DNA from: Chiloscyllium plagiosum
Lineage: Eukaryota
Direction of reading: 5' to 3'
Assembly (NCBI RefSeq): GCF_004010195.1
Contig: NC_057719.1
Location: 70,339,728 to 70,373,354, forward strand
DNA length: 33,627 bases
Positions 22,856-33,219 of this stretch are shown in pieces. Both the position numbers and the translations under genes were made by a program. Positions within the stretch are counted from its first letter, which is position 1, and the number at the start of each line of letters is the position of its first letter. The notes under the pieces are model-generated. The model was not told the DNA's origin. It made no database searches and saw nothing but the letters and a program-made list of their open reading frames with translations.

Positions 22856-22983
22856 ATTGCGACCCAAATCATATCAAAATCATGTGACGTTAAATAGCTT
22901 TTTTTGGAACAAGTTGATTGCCATCAAATAGTCACAATTTTATTGTGTCTAAAAAAGGAAGGATGATCTGCTGGTTCACTCAC

Positions 22984-23207
22984 AGTCTGGAAAGTCACTC
23001 AGTACAGTGACCGGGCAAGTTAACCATGGCAGAAGCTGACAACAAAAAAGTCAATTACATGACATGATCCAGTGTCTGACGTCTCAGCTGACATGATGAA
23101 TGAGAATAAGGGGATGCAATTCATAAACCTACTGATGCCCAACTTGAGTACAGGACTGACAGCGAGTTTGGATATTGTGAGCAAATTATTGTGAAGCTCG
23201 CAGTTAG
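22984..23207 (-). pseudogene. Exon relic E5 (224 nt)
   Basis: TTTATATTCTTGTTAG| NCELHNNLLTISKLAVSPVLKLGISRFMNCIPLFSFIMSAETSDTGSCHVIDFFVVSFCHG*LARSLY*VTFQT |GTGAGT. Phase 1 in, phase 0 out. Overlaps ORF 23020..23214. Confidence 0.62.
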
Positions 23208-23321
23208 CTAACAAGAATATAAATTATTTAAAGCAAAGATCGAACAGATCAGAGAATCAATTATTCATTGTTTTAAAAATGTTACCAGAACATTTTGTAA
23301 GCTTTCTAACTTCTTGTCCTG

Positions 23322-23553
23322 TGTAGTGATTGTAACGAGGTCAGCCAGATGGACCTTACAGACCGAATTCCCTGACTAGACCAGATTAACAGCCAAATCA
23401 GGGAACCATAGCTGACAGATAAGAACAGGAGAATCAGACATCATGTTCACTCAGAGAGCTGGCTCTGTGGGAGCTGGATCAGTGTCAAGGTTTCTCCATG
23501 TGTAACTAAAGGGTGACCTGGGGAGTGCTTACCGGCCTCTGTGGAGTTACTCA
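23322..23553 (+). mobile_element. 5' LTR of a Gypsy retrotransposon
   Basis: TG...CA bounded 232-bp unit directly followed by a PBS and gag. Confidence 0.8.
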
Positions 23554-23554
23554 G

Positions 23555-23564
23555 TGGCAATGAG
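23555..23564 (+). promoter_or_regulatory. Primer-binding site, tRNA-Ser(GCT)-like
   Basis: TGGCAATGAG equals TGGCGACGAG (complement of the tRNA-Ser-GCT 3' end) with two CpG-type changes. Confidence 0.6.
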
Positions 23565-23635
23565 AGAAAAGCATGCTCATGCAAAAATCCACACACAACA
23601 GTTATCTTTCAGTTGGGGTAAACATTTCTGGTATC

Positions 23636-24888
23636 ATGCTGTTATTTGAGAAGCTTGACTCATTTGATCCTGTTGAAGATTGGGCCCGGTTTGTGGAAAG
23701 ACTGCATTATTTTTTCCAGGCAAATGATATTGGGCCAGATGAAAAGCAATGAGTAATTCTCCTGACAGCTTGTGGACTTATGGCTTTTTCAGTTATTAGG
23801 AGCCTAACATTCCCATTGGGACCAGATATTAAAACCTTTCAAGAGTTGATGGATTTGGTGAAGGAATATTACAATCCCAAACCTCTCCTAATTCTGAGAT
23901 GCTATCGGTTTTACTCGGCAGTTTCAGTACCAGAGGAATCCGTATCAAGACCCTTAATGAGGTTAAGATAATGGGCAGAGGCATTTGACTGTGGTTTAAC
24001 CTTGAATGAGATGCTGAGAGATGGTTTGATATGTGGTACTAATGATGCAACCATTCAAAAGTGTCCACTGGCTGAAGACCAACTCAAACAGGCATTACAA
24101 CTGGCTTTATCATTGGAAAACACAGCAAGTGGAATATGAGTTGCAGGGTATTATAATGGAACTGGACACCCTCACCAATCTGACTGCACTTGGGAACCAC
24201 CACTTGAGTGAAGGCAATTGCATAGCTTCACTCAGGTCATATCCTGAAAGGAGGGACTATAGGAGGGACTGTAGCCCACAGCAAAAATCCCAAAACAAAG
24301 CCAGGCCTTGGGTAAATGGTTGAAATTTTCTTGAGGATCTGGGCTGGCAAGCCATTGTAGTTGCTGCCGGTATGTAGACTCAAGACAGCAAGAGTCCCAC
24401 TCGACGTAAATTGAGTAATAGAACTCATAGACCAGTATCCAGGAGAGTGCACACCCTGGAAGGTCCACCTATGTTTGGTTTGGAACAGTTAAATTGCTTA
24501 GTAACATCCCAATCAAAATAAATATCTGGTTAAATGGTCACCTGGTTGATATCGGCACACCCGTTTCAGTGATCGCAGAAGACAGCTTTAACAAAATTCG
24601 TTCTGGACTCCAGTCCTTAAGTTTGCACAAGACCTTGGCTAGACTGAGAACCTATATTGGGGAACTTTTACAGATTGTGAGTACAACTCCAGTTTTGTCT
24701 TATATATGAAGTAGTTGGTTCAGTTACAATTGATTGTAATGAAATGCTCAGGCCAAGCTTGATAGGACAAAATTGGTTGAGAGACATTCACCTTGATTGG
24801 TTCACCACTTTTCAATTAGAAAATGGCTGCCTGAGTGAAGTCCTAATTAAATACCGCACCATTTTTCAGGAAGGTCTATGGACTATCA
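23636..24888 (+). mobile_element. Decayed Gypsy (Mag-like) gag-protease, truncated before RT
   Basis: MLLFEKLDSFDPVEDWARFVERLHYFFQANDI..YNPKPLLILRCYRFY..EMLRDGLICG (gag). VDIGTPVSVI..LRTYIGE and PSLIGQNWL (aspartic protease). Stops and frameshifts throughout. Confidence 0.88.
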
Positions 24889-24889
24889 G

Positions 24890-26190
24890 TCATGAAGCAC
24901 CTATCCAATCTAATCCCATTCTCTAAGCAGTTAGCCCATAGCCTTGTATGCTATGGCACTTCAAGTGATCCTCTAAATACTTCATACATATGATGGTTCC
25001 TGCCTCTACCACCCTTCCAGGCAGAAAGATTGAAAAGACATCTTCTTCAAGTCCCCTCTAAACCTCCTGATCTATACCTTAAATGTATGCCTCCAGGTTT
25101 TTCAAGAATCCCAACAGTGTGGAAGAAAGCCATTCAACCCATTGTGCCACACTGACCCTCCCACCACCTTCCCCCCTCCCCCCCCCCCCCACCACGTGTA
25201 CATACACACACACATCCACACACACACACACATCCACACAAAACATCCCTGCACACTATGGGCAATTTGGCATGACCAATCCACCTAACCTGCACATTTT
25301 TGGATTGTGGGAGGAAGCCGGAACGCCTGGTGGAAACCCACACAGACACAGGAAGAATGTGCAAACACCACACAGTCACCCAAAACTGTATTAAATCTGG
25401 GTCCCTGGCTCTGTGAGCAGCAGTGCTGCCTTTTGATCTAAGAGGAAAAGTATCTTCCTTTTTGTCATAACTCTGTATACCACAATTAGAATCCCCATAG
25501 CTTTCAATGCTGTAAAGAAGAACTATCTTCATTGTTGAAACACTTCAGCCTTTGCAACATCCTGGTGAATCTGCTCCATACTCTGTCCAGTACAATCATA
25601 CCCTTCCTATGTACAGCATCAAAAACCGCACACAGTTGTAGCCTAATTTAACATTTTATGTTCAGCTACATCATAACATCCCTGCTCTTGCATTCAATGC
25701 TTCGATTAATAAAGGCATGTATCCCATATTCCTTGTAACTATCTTAGATTTCTTACTTGTTGCCTTCAAGAATCCATGGACTTACATACCAAGGTCCCTC
25801 TGATTCCCTGTACTTGTTGGAATTTTACCATTTATCATGTCCCACTTGCCTCATTAATCCTCTTAAAGAACATCACTTCATACTTTTCAGAAATAAATTC
25901 TGTTTGTCACTGTTCAGCACATCTGACCAGCCTATCCATGTCGTCCTGTAGTCTAAAGGTTTCTCTGCTCACTACTTACATCACCACTAATTTTTGTGTC
26001 ATCCGCCAACTATCTGATCAATCCTCTTGCATAGATCAGTCGTGCACACCACAAAAAGTAATCCAGCACCAAACCTTACAGTATGACACTGGAAACAAGT
26101 TTTGAGTCACGAAAAACACCCTTTAACCATCATCCTCTGCCTCCTGCCACTAAACCAATTTTAAATTCAAGTTTTCAAATTGCTTTGGAT
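24890..26190 (-). mobile_element. Decayed CR1 LINE, split by an HE1 SINE
   Basis: CR1 3' coding antisense on both sides of 25100-25428 (caacatcctggtgaatct; tttgtgtcatccgccaact = LADDTK). Confidence 0.8.
25100..25428 (-). mobile_element. HE1 SINE with an expanded poly-C/(CA)n tract
   Basis: HE1 body ggcaatttggcatgaccaatccacctaacctgcacat. C-run and CA microsatellite at 25155-25240. Confidence 0.88.
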
Positions 26191-26779
26191 CCTTGTAAAA
26201 TCCCTGTCCATGTCAAAAAATGATTTCCTCCAACATAGCCGTCTATCAAAGAATTGCTTTGTTCTACTATTTTAAGAATTCACAAGCAAATCACTCAATT
26301 GTTTAACATCAAATTACATATTTTAAACCTACTAGGGTAGTGTTGCAGTAACAAAAATCACAGGGAGGAGGCAAGGGCCTTACATTTTTTTAAATCCCCC
26401 CAGCCCTGCACTGTAGAAGCACACAGCTTTCTTTTGAAATTCTACTACCTAATTACCCAATTAACTAATTAAATAAACATCGATTAACAGACATGGTTCA
26501 CCAAGGGCAGAGTTTCAATAACAAAAAGCAAAAATGGGAGGAGGTTGAAGAAAGTGGAGTTGGTGGGGAAACCTATGCATTCCAGCCCCTTTGGTGTCCA
26601 CCTCCCTCTAAAGTCCTGAAGGCACAGGTGAACACCACATGTTCCCTTACACTCAGGTATGAAAGTAGCCACAGGAGAGGGGACAGGCAATCGAGAATTA
26701 CAACGCCCCCACCCACAGCCCAATGCCTGGACCAGTTGATGGCTATTTTAATCAGGCCCAGGAGAAGGATCCAGCTCTT

Positions 26780-27115
26780 GTTGTTTATTCATTGGATGTG
26801 GGCAGTACTGGCTGGGCCATTATTTATTGTCCAATGCTAATTTCCAATTTCGCAGGGAGCAGTTAAGAGCCTCTAACACTGCCGTGGGTCTGGGGTTACG
26901 TATAGGCCAGACCAACTAAGGATGGCAGGTTTCCTTTCCAAATTAACATCAGTGAACCTGAAAAGTTTTTACAGCAATCACAATGATTATTTCGTTGACA
27001 TTACAGCGTCTTGCCCAGCATTTGTACTGAGTTCAAATTTCACTATCTGCCATGATGGGATTTAAACCCAGAACATAGTCTGGGCTTCATGCTTACTCGG
27101 CTGCTGAGACTACCA
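26780..27115 (-). mobile_element. tRNA-derived SINE whose tail matches the second LINE family
   Basis: Minus-strand B-box GGTTTAAATCCCA at ~27056-27068. Tail ggatgtgggcagtactggctgggccattatttattgtcc matches the LINE 3' ends at 27690-27740 and 3150-3200. Confidence 0.7.
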
Positions 27116-27120
27116 TTTAC

Positions 27121-27196
27121 CTAATGATCCTGCACAATTGTTTTGGAAAAAAACGCTTCTAATAATAGTTAAATCGCCATCCGGTCACCCTTGTTG
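27121..27196 (-). pseudogene. Exon relic E4 (76 nt)
   Basis: ATATTTTACTTAG| QQG*PDGDLTIIRSVFFQNNCAGSL+G |GTAAAT. Phase 0 in, phase 1 out, matching both neighbours. Confidence 0.55.
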
Positions 27197-27337
27197 CTAA
27201 GTAAAATATCAATTCACTCTGGCACTGCAGCATTAGCAAAGAGAAAGGTAGGGAAAAAATGAGGAGATTAACTTAAAAATGGAGTTGGAGTTGTGGACCA
27301 AGCTTTTGTAAGTAACTGACAACTGAAGGAACCGATT

Positions 27338-27592
27338 AGGAGATAGAATCCAGGCCTCCTGAGCCAAAGGTAGGAACACTATCACTTTATAACATAACAC
27401 TCTATCTTAAAGTAAAAGCAAGTTACAGCAGAGGTTGAAGTTATTATCACTGTAATAAGCTGAGTATACTATGCAGATATTTTAAAATTCATCTATTCAG
27501 ATGTGTTATGGCATATCTGTGGAGTTCTATGATTAGATTCCAGGCCATCCAGCTCAGAGGTAGGGACACAAGCACTTTGCCACAAAAGCCCT
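27338..27592 (-). mobile_element. Two short tRNA-like SINE heads (27338-27390 and 27525-27592)
   Basis: Mutually similar (ccaggcc..c(t/a)g..c(a)..aggtagg.acac). The same family occurs at 30988-31090. Confidence 0.5.
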
Positions 27593-27684
27593 TAACTGGG
27601 ATATCATAAGGATGTATGTGTAGAAAAGCAGAATGGCTGAGGATAGGATCTTGAATAGAACGGACCTACCTAGCCCTCCCTTGC

Positions 27685-29120
27685 TTTTGTGGAATATGGA
27701 GTTTTCTGGCTGGCTAACATTTATTGCCTGTCCCTAGTTGCCCTTGAGAAGGTGGTGGTGATCTGATTTCTAGAACTGTTGCAGTCCACCAGCTGTGGAT
27801 TGTCCCAAAATTGCATTAGGGAGGGAACTTCAGGATTTTGACCCAACGGTCGTGAAGGAATGGCGATATTTTTCCAAATCAGGATGGTGAGTGGCTTGTA
27901 GGGGAACTTGAAGGTGGTAATGTTCCCATGTGCCTGCTGCCCTTGTCCTTCTAGAAGTGGTGGTGGGTTTGGAAGGTGCTGTCTGACAATCTTTGGTGAA
28001 TGTCTGCAATGCATCTTATAGATAGTGCACACTGCTGCTACTGAGCATTTGTGGTGGAAGAAGTGGATGTTTGTGGATGTGATGCCAATCACGTGGGCAT
28101 CTTTGCTCGGAATAGTGTCGGGTTTCTTGAATATTGTTGGAGCGTCACACATACAGGTTCATTGGGGGTACTCCAACACAGTCCTGACTTATGCCTTGTT
28201 GATCTCCTCCCTTGCTTCTCTGGGAAGCAAGGGAGGAGATTGCAGAGCCATTGGCCTTGATTTTTATGTCCTCGTTGTCTACAGGAGTAGTGCCAGAAGA
28301 CTGTGTTCTATGATAGTGAACAGCTTTTTTGGAAGTCAGGAGATGAATTACTCAATGACTTATACCTAGCATCTGACCTGCTGTTGTAGCCATTGTGTTT
28401 ATATGGCAAGTCCAGTTGAGTTTCTGGTCAATGCTAACTCCCAGGATGTTGATAGTGGGGGACTCAGTGATGGTAACATGATTGAATGTCAAAGGGTAGT
28501 GGTTAGATTGTCTCTTATTGATGATGGTCATAGCCTGGCAATTGTGTGGTGTAAATGTTACTTGTCACTTGTCAGCCCAAGTCTGGATATTGTCCAGATC
28601 TTGATGCATTTGGACATTGGCTGCATCAGGGTCTGAGGAGTTGTGAATGGTGCTGAACATTGAGCATTAATTGGTGAACATCCTGACTGCTGACCTTATG
28701 GTAGAGAGAAGGCCATTGGTGAAGCAGCTGAAGATGGTTGGGCCTAGAGACACTACCCTGAGGAACACCTGCTGAGATGTCCTGGAGTTGAGATGACTGA
28801 TCTCCAACAACCATGATCATCTTCCCATGTGCCAGGTATGACTCCAACTTGCCCTCTGATACCCATTGATTCCAGTTTTGCTCAGGCTCCTTGATGCCAC
28901 AGTCAGTCAGATGCAGCCTTGATTTCAAAGGCTATCAGTCTCACCTTCCCTCTAGAATTCAGCTCTTTGGTCCATGCTGGAACCAAAACTGTAATGAGGT
29001 CAGGAGCTGAGTGGCCCTGGCAGAAATTAAATTGGGTGTGACCGCACAGGTTATGGCTGAGCAGGTGCTGCTTGGTAGCACTGTTGCTGACACCTTCCAT
29101 CAATTTACTAATGATTGATC
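27685..29120 (-). mobile_element. Second LINE family (CR1/L2 group), RT through 3' end
   Basis: QFNFCQGHSAPDLIT (28903..29103), ISAGVPQGSV (28626..28928) and HKCSVAAVCTIYKMH (27721..28152). Frameshifted. Confidence 0.88.
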
Positions 29121-29124
29121 GCCA

Positions 29125-29957
29125 TTAGCCATGATGATCGATGACATCACTTCCGTCCCCCCACAGGTCCCACTGTCCCCCTCACTGGGGACAAATGATC
29201 AGTCCGCAGCAAAGGCCTTACCTTTATCCCTCTCTGCCCACACATCAATGAATTTAATATGCGTTGTGACGTCAAACACTTCTTCCGCCGCATCCGCCTC
29301 CGAGCTTACTTTTACAATCAGGACTCCTGCCCACCTTCCGAGGACCCCTTCACTTGCCTCCAACACACTCCATCCACCTGGACACCCCGCGCTGGCCTAT
29401 TACCTGCCCTCGACCTCTTCATTTCCAATTGCTGCTGAGACATTAACCACCTCAAACTATCTATCCCCCTCCCCCACTCCAACCTCTCACCCTCACAACA
29501 CGCAGCCCTCCACTCCCCCTGCTCTAATCCCAACCTCACCACCAAACCAGCAGATAAAGGGGGTTCATTGATAGTTTGGCTCACTACATCGCTGAAGCCA
29601 GATGCCAACTCAAAGACACCTCCTCCTACCGCCCCCTTGACCATGACCCTACACACCATCACGAAACTATCATCTCCCAGACTATACAGAACCTCATCAC
29701 CTCAGGAGATCTCCCACCCACAGCTTCCAACCTTGTAGTCCGGGAACCCCGCATCAATGATTCTACCTCCTTCCTAAGATCCACAAGCCTGACCACACAG
29801 GCCGGCCCATTGTCTCAGCCTGCTCTTGCCCCACCGAACTCATCTCCACCTACCTCTATACTGTTCTATCCCCCCTAGTTCAGGAACGCTCCACATACGT
29901 TCAAGACACACCCCCACGCCCTCCACCTCCTCCAAGACTTCCGTTTCCTTGGCCCCC
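29125..29957 (+). mobile_element. Penelope-like element ORF fragment (N-terminal to the RT core)
   Basis: KGLTFIP..FFRRIRLRAYF..SNLSPSQHAAL..KPADKGG (DKG motif)..YIAEARCQLKDTSSYRPLDHDPT..FYLLPKIHKPDHTGRPIVSACSCPTE..YVQDT. Confidence 0.9.
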
Positions 29958-30519
29958 ATCACTCACAACTCCCAACCCAGACAGACACATGCACAGACAG
30001 ACACAAAGACCCAGATGCACACATATATTTTGTGGGTTGAATTTGTACTTACAGAGTTACATTGTACTTTGCTCAAAAACTGCATGGATTCCTACAAAGC
30101 TCTGAGCTCAAAAACTAAATGAATTCATGTAAAACTCTGTTATCTCACTTTTTAGATTAGAATCAATCTAAACATCATGGCATAGACAGAGAACACAGGG
30201 GCTAACACCTTCAACATATTGTCTAGTTAACATCAATTGTTACAGCTAACCTGAGAATGCAACTTTTAAAAAGAGGTTTTGTGATTTACACATGAAAGAA
30301 GTGAAACTATCATGGTATTCGAACAGATGAAAGACTCAACAGATAATCAAGGTATTTTTCAATGTATAATTTCAGTTACATCACACTGTAAACTTTTGCT
30401 ATAAATTCTGTGCCTTACAATTGTGTCCTCCACAACCACCTGATGAAGGAGCGACACTCCTAAAGCTAGTGCTTCCAATTAAACCTGTTGGACTATAACC
30501 TGGTGTTGTGTGATGTTTA
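29958..30519 (+). mobile_element. Penelope-like 3' UTR/pLTR
   Basis: Follows the PLE ORF and ends with a hammerhead motif and ATTAAACCTGTTGGACTATAACCTGGTGTTGTGTGA. Confidence 0.75.
30437..30471 (+). ncRNA. Minimal type-I hammerhead ribozyme, G12>U mutated
   Basis: CAC-CUGAUGA-A-GGAG-cgaca-CUCC-UAAA-GC-UA-GUG: stem I CAC/GUG, stem II GGAG/CUCC, palindromic AGCU stem III. The core GAAA is altered to UAAA at 30461. Confidence 0.8.
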
Positions 30520-30987
30520 GCGTCATTATACGCAGCATTTTCAGCAATTGAGGAATGAAATTCCCAAAATATAGCTATTATGAATGGAAAGAGATGTTCT
30601 GGATCTCCTGCCTCAGTATCTAGGAGATAGACTTGCTGGGCACAAGAGTGCTGATGCCTTTTCCCTGAAGTTTCACATTCCTCTTCATTCCTCTGTTCAT
30701 TGTCAGTTCCTATCAACAGCCAGAAAGTCCTGATCCCCTGACGGCCAATATGCAGCTGCAGTTCAATGGCCTCATTGTGCATTTAAAAAAAACTGCTTTC
30801 GTTACAAGCACAGTCTTATGACAAACATGTGAAAGATAACCACAAACATTTCAGAAAGTGTACTGTAATATGTGCCAAAATTAGACATGTAACACATACT
30901 TGTACGTGCTGTGCTTCAGCTATGATAGATCTGTGTGCTTTTATAAAAAGCAGATTTGAGAGCACATTGTTGGAAATGCATTTTATA

Positions 30988-31090
30988 ATCAACCTGCTCA
31001 GAGATATTACACAGTTCTGGAGCAGGTAGATCTTAAAGCCAGGTTTTCTTGGCTCAGAAGCATGAACACTAACACTGTGCCACAATGCTG
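30988..31090 (-). mobile_element. Short tRNA-like SINE
   Basis: Minus strand TTGTGGCACAGTGTTAGTG..CTGAGCCAAGAAAACCTGGCTTTAAGATC. Confidence 0.55.
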
Positions 31091-31227
31091 GATATGGGAA
31101 ACAGATTCATTGGAAATTGACCTCCTGATGTTCATAGAATGGTTATAGCACAGAAACAGGACATTCAACCCATTGTGTCTGCACTGGCATCTGCAATAGC
31201 AATTCATTTTGTGCTACTCCCCTGATT

Positions 31228-31660
31228 ATTATTTGCTACTTGTCAGCCCAAGACTGGTCTTGTCTAGTTCTTGCTGCATTTGAATATGGACTGCTTCAGT
31301 ATCTGAGGAGTCATGAATGGTGCTGAATATTGTTAGCTGATAAATGCACATCCTCACTTCTGATCTTATGATAGAGGGAAGATTATTAATGAAGTAGCTA
31401 AAGGTGATTGAGCCTCAGACACTATGAGGAATTCCTGCAAAGATATCCTGGAGCTGAGATTATTGACATCCAACAAACAAAACTATCCTTGTATGTGCCA
31501 GATATTACTCCAATCAACGAAGAGTTTGCCCCTCATTCCCATTGATGCCAGTTTTGCTACGACTCCTTGATGCCACACTCAGTCGAATGCAGCCTTGATG
31601 TCAAGGGCTGTGGCTCTCACCTGCCCTCTGGAATTCAGCTGTTTTGTCCATGCTTGAGCC
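31228..31660 (-). mobile_element. RT fragment of the second LINE family
   Basis: Collinear with 28555-28980 (acttgtcagcccaag..ctccttgatgccac..gcagccttgat). Confidence 0.8.
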
Positions 31661-31985
31661 TTATCCCTGGAGATATTTGCGTGAATCTTTTCCACATCTT
31701 CTCATATATTTTCACATCTTCCCCAAAGTCTGGCACCCAGAACTGGACGTAATTCTTCATTTGAATCAGAACCATTGTTTTATACGTGTTTATCCTGAGA
31801 TCATAACTTTAGTACTCTATGCCACGACTGATGAACTGTAGTATGCTTTAAAAATCTCACTCTCAATGTGTCCTGCTATTTCAGTGATCTGTACACATAT
31901 ACAGCCAGGTCCCTCTGTTCTTGCACATCACATAAGTGTGTCCCATTCATATAGTATCCTTGCATTCTTCCTACAAAAGAATAAT
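31660..31985 (-). mobile_element. Decayed CR1 fragment (its 3' tail is probably at 31135-31225)
   Basis: ggcacccagaactggac (VQFWVP antisense) and gatctgtacacatatacagccaggtccctctg. Confidence 0.6.
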
Positions 31986-32386
31986 ATTAGATATTTAAAA
32001 CAAATTGATCAACTAACAATGGGATTCTGTATTGTGAATCAAAGAACTTCACCCAGCTTTGGTTCACAACAGTGACTTGATCTAACAAAATTGTAGATGG
32101 AATGATTTGATGCAATTTTTATCTGAAGGCCGGCAGGCCAGACCTCTGGGGAAGCTCATTAGCCTAGATTTTCTCATCAGAATATTCAAACTTTTGTCTC
32201 AACTTGCATTCTGCCAATCAGAAATCAGGACAAGTCTCCACCCATTTTACATGAGAAGTATATCTCTCGTGGGAATTTGATAGCCACAGGAAATTTGTGC
32301 CGGAATTAGAAAGGGGATGTGTGCTTCATTCTAAGTCTTTATATCAGTATTTAGATATGCATGTGACTTCCCAAATCTTATTATAC

Positions 32387-33148
32387 CTACTGGGGAGTCA
32401 GCTGTTCATGTACAAAAATCTCAGGAGAGAATTTTGTTTCGAAGCTTTTTCAGTTGTTCTCTCCCTTCTTGCTGCTGTTACTTCGAAGTTCAGAAGTTCG
32501 AATGTGGTGCAGCAATAGTAGTGTTAAAATAGTGCTGCCATCACAACAAAGACTATAACAGTCAAAGAAGGTCAGCATGGTGGCACAGTGGTTAGCACTG
32601 CTGCATCACAATGCCAGAGACCCGGGTTCAATTCCGACCTCAGGCAACTGTCTGCGTGGAGATTGCACATTCTCCCTGTATCTGCATGGGTTTCCTCCCA
32701 TGGTCCAAAAAAAAATGTACAGGTTAGGTGAATTGGCCATGCTAAATTGCCCATAAGTGTTAACTGTAGGGGAATGGATCCGGGAGGGTTGATGTGGACT
32801 TGTTGGGCCGAAGGGCCTGTTTCCACACTGTAAGTAATCTAAAAGGTCCACTATCAATGTCAAGGACAGCCAGAAATGGAGAATATGTATGGTCTTTATT
32901 ATTTTGGTCTTCAGTACATGGGGTTGAATTGGTAGATTGACACATTCCAGGATCCAGGGTCCAGGACGACATGCTGAGTGATGCATTAAAACTTGAGGCA
33001 GACACCAAGGGCACAATGGGGAAAGCCAACAGTCTACCATCTTTTTGCCAGATATAAGTTTTCAGGGTAACCTCATTGCTTTAATGTTAATGTAACTAGT
33101 TTCCTTTCGTGTTTAGAAATTGTCTTTTTTGTTTAAACCAGATTGAAG
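32387..33148 (-). pseudogene. Exon relic E1, split by an HE1 SINE
   Basis: Acceptor TTCCTCTTTACAG|33148 and donor AG|GTATAA at 32386. Removing the SINE and one AAGGTC duplicate restores the frame SNEVTLKTYIWQKDGRLLAFPIVPL...FLAVLDIDSGPSLTVIVFVVMAALF*HYYCCTTFELLNFEVTAARRERTTEKASKQNSLLRFLYMNS*LPS. Three further stops lie near the acceptor. Confidence 0.5.
32574..32842 (+). mobile_element. HE1 SINE flanked by a 6-bp AAGGTC duplication
   Basis: HE1 head, body and tail. AAGGTC at 32568-32573 and 32843-32848. Confidence 0.9.
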
Positions 33149-33219
33149 CTGTAAAGAGGAATATCAAAATTCACTGTATCTTCTGCAGCATTTGGATGGA
33201 ATGTAAATATATTTATTTG

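Larger units (their letters stand above)
27670..30782 (-). pseudogene. Exon relic E3, split by a 2.8 kb LINE plus Penelope insertion
   Basis: Unique part of ORF 30399..30782 (HNEAIELQLHIGRQGIRTFWLLIGTDN...SIAENAAYNDA). It joins in frame across the insertion to K-A-R-E-G-* and ends at donor AG|GTAGGT (27669). The acceptor is unclear. Confidence 0.5.
30900..32299 (-). pseudogene. Exon relic E2, interrupted by LINE/SINE fragments (~30990-31990)
   Basis: Frame TNFLWLSNSHERYTSHVKWVETCPDF*LAECKLRQKF...QSWVKFFDSQYRIPLLVDQFVLNI (~105 codons, 3 stops). It appears to resume as KCISNNVLSNLLFIKAHRSIIAEAQHVQ, ending at CAA|GTATGT (30899). The acceptor is degenerate (TTCCGG). Confidence 0.42.
904..33148 (-). 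pseudogene. Window-spanning unprocessed multi-exon pseudogene of an unidentified protein (~18 exon relics, E1-E18)
   Basis: Minus-strand segments bounded by pyrimidine-rich AG acceptors and mostly GTRAG/GTATG-type donors. Most junctions are phase-compatible. Several introns are minimal (76-141 nt). Stop density is well below that expected for AT-rich DNA, but stops, frameshifts and TE insertions are present. No homology search was possible. Confidence 0.72.

Noticed and set aside
29131..29571. 146-aa Pro/Ser/Thr-rich ORF
   Set aside because: Alternative frame of the C-rich Penelope ORF.
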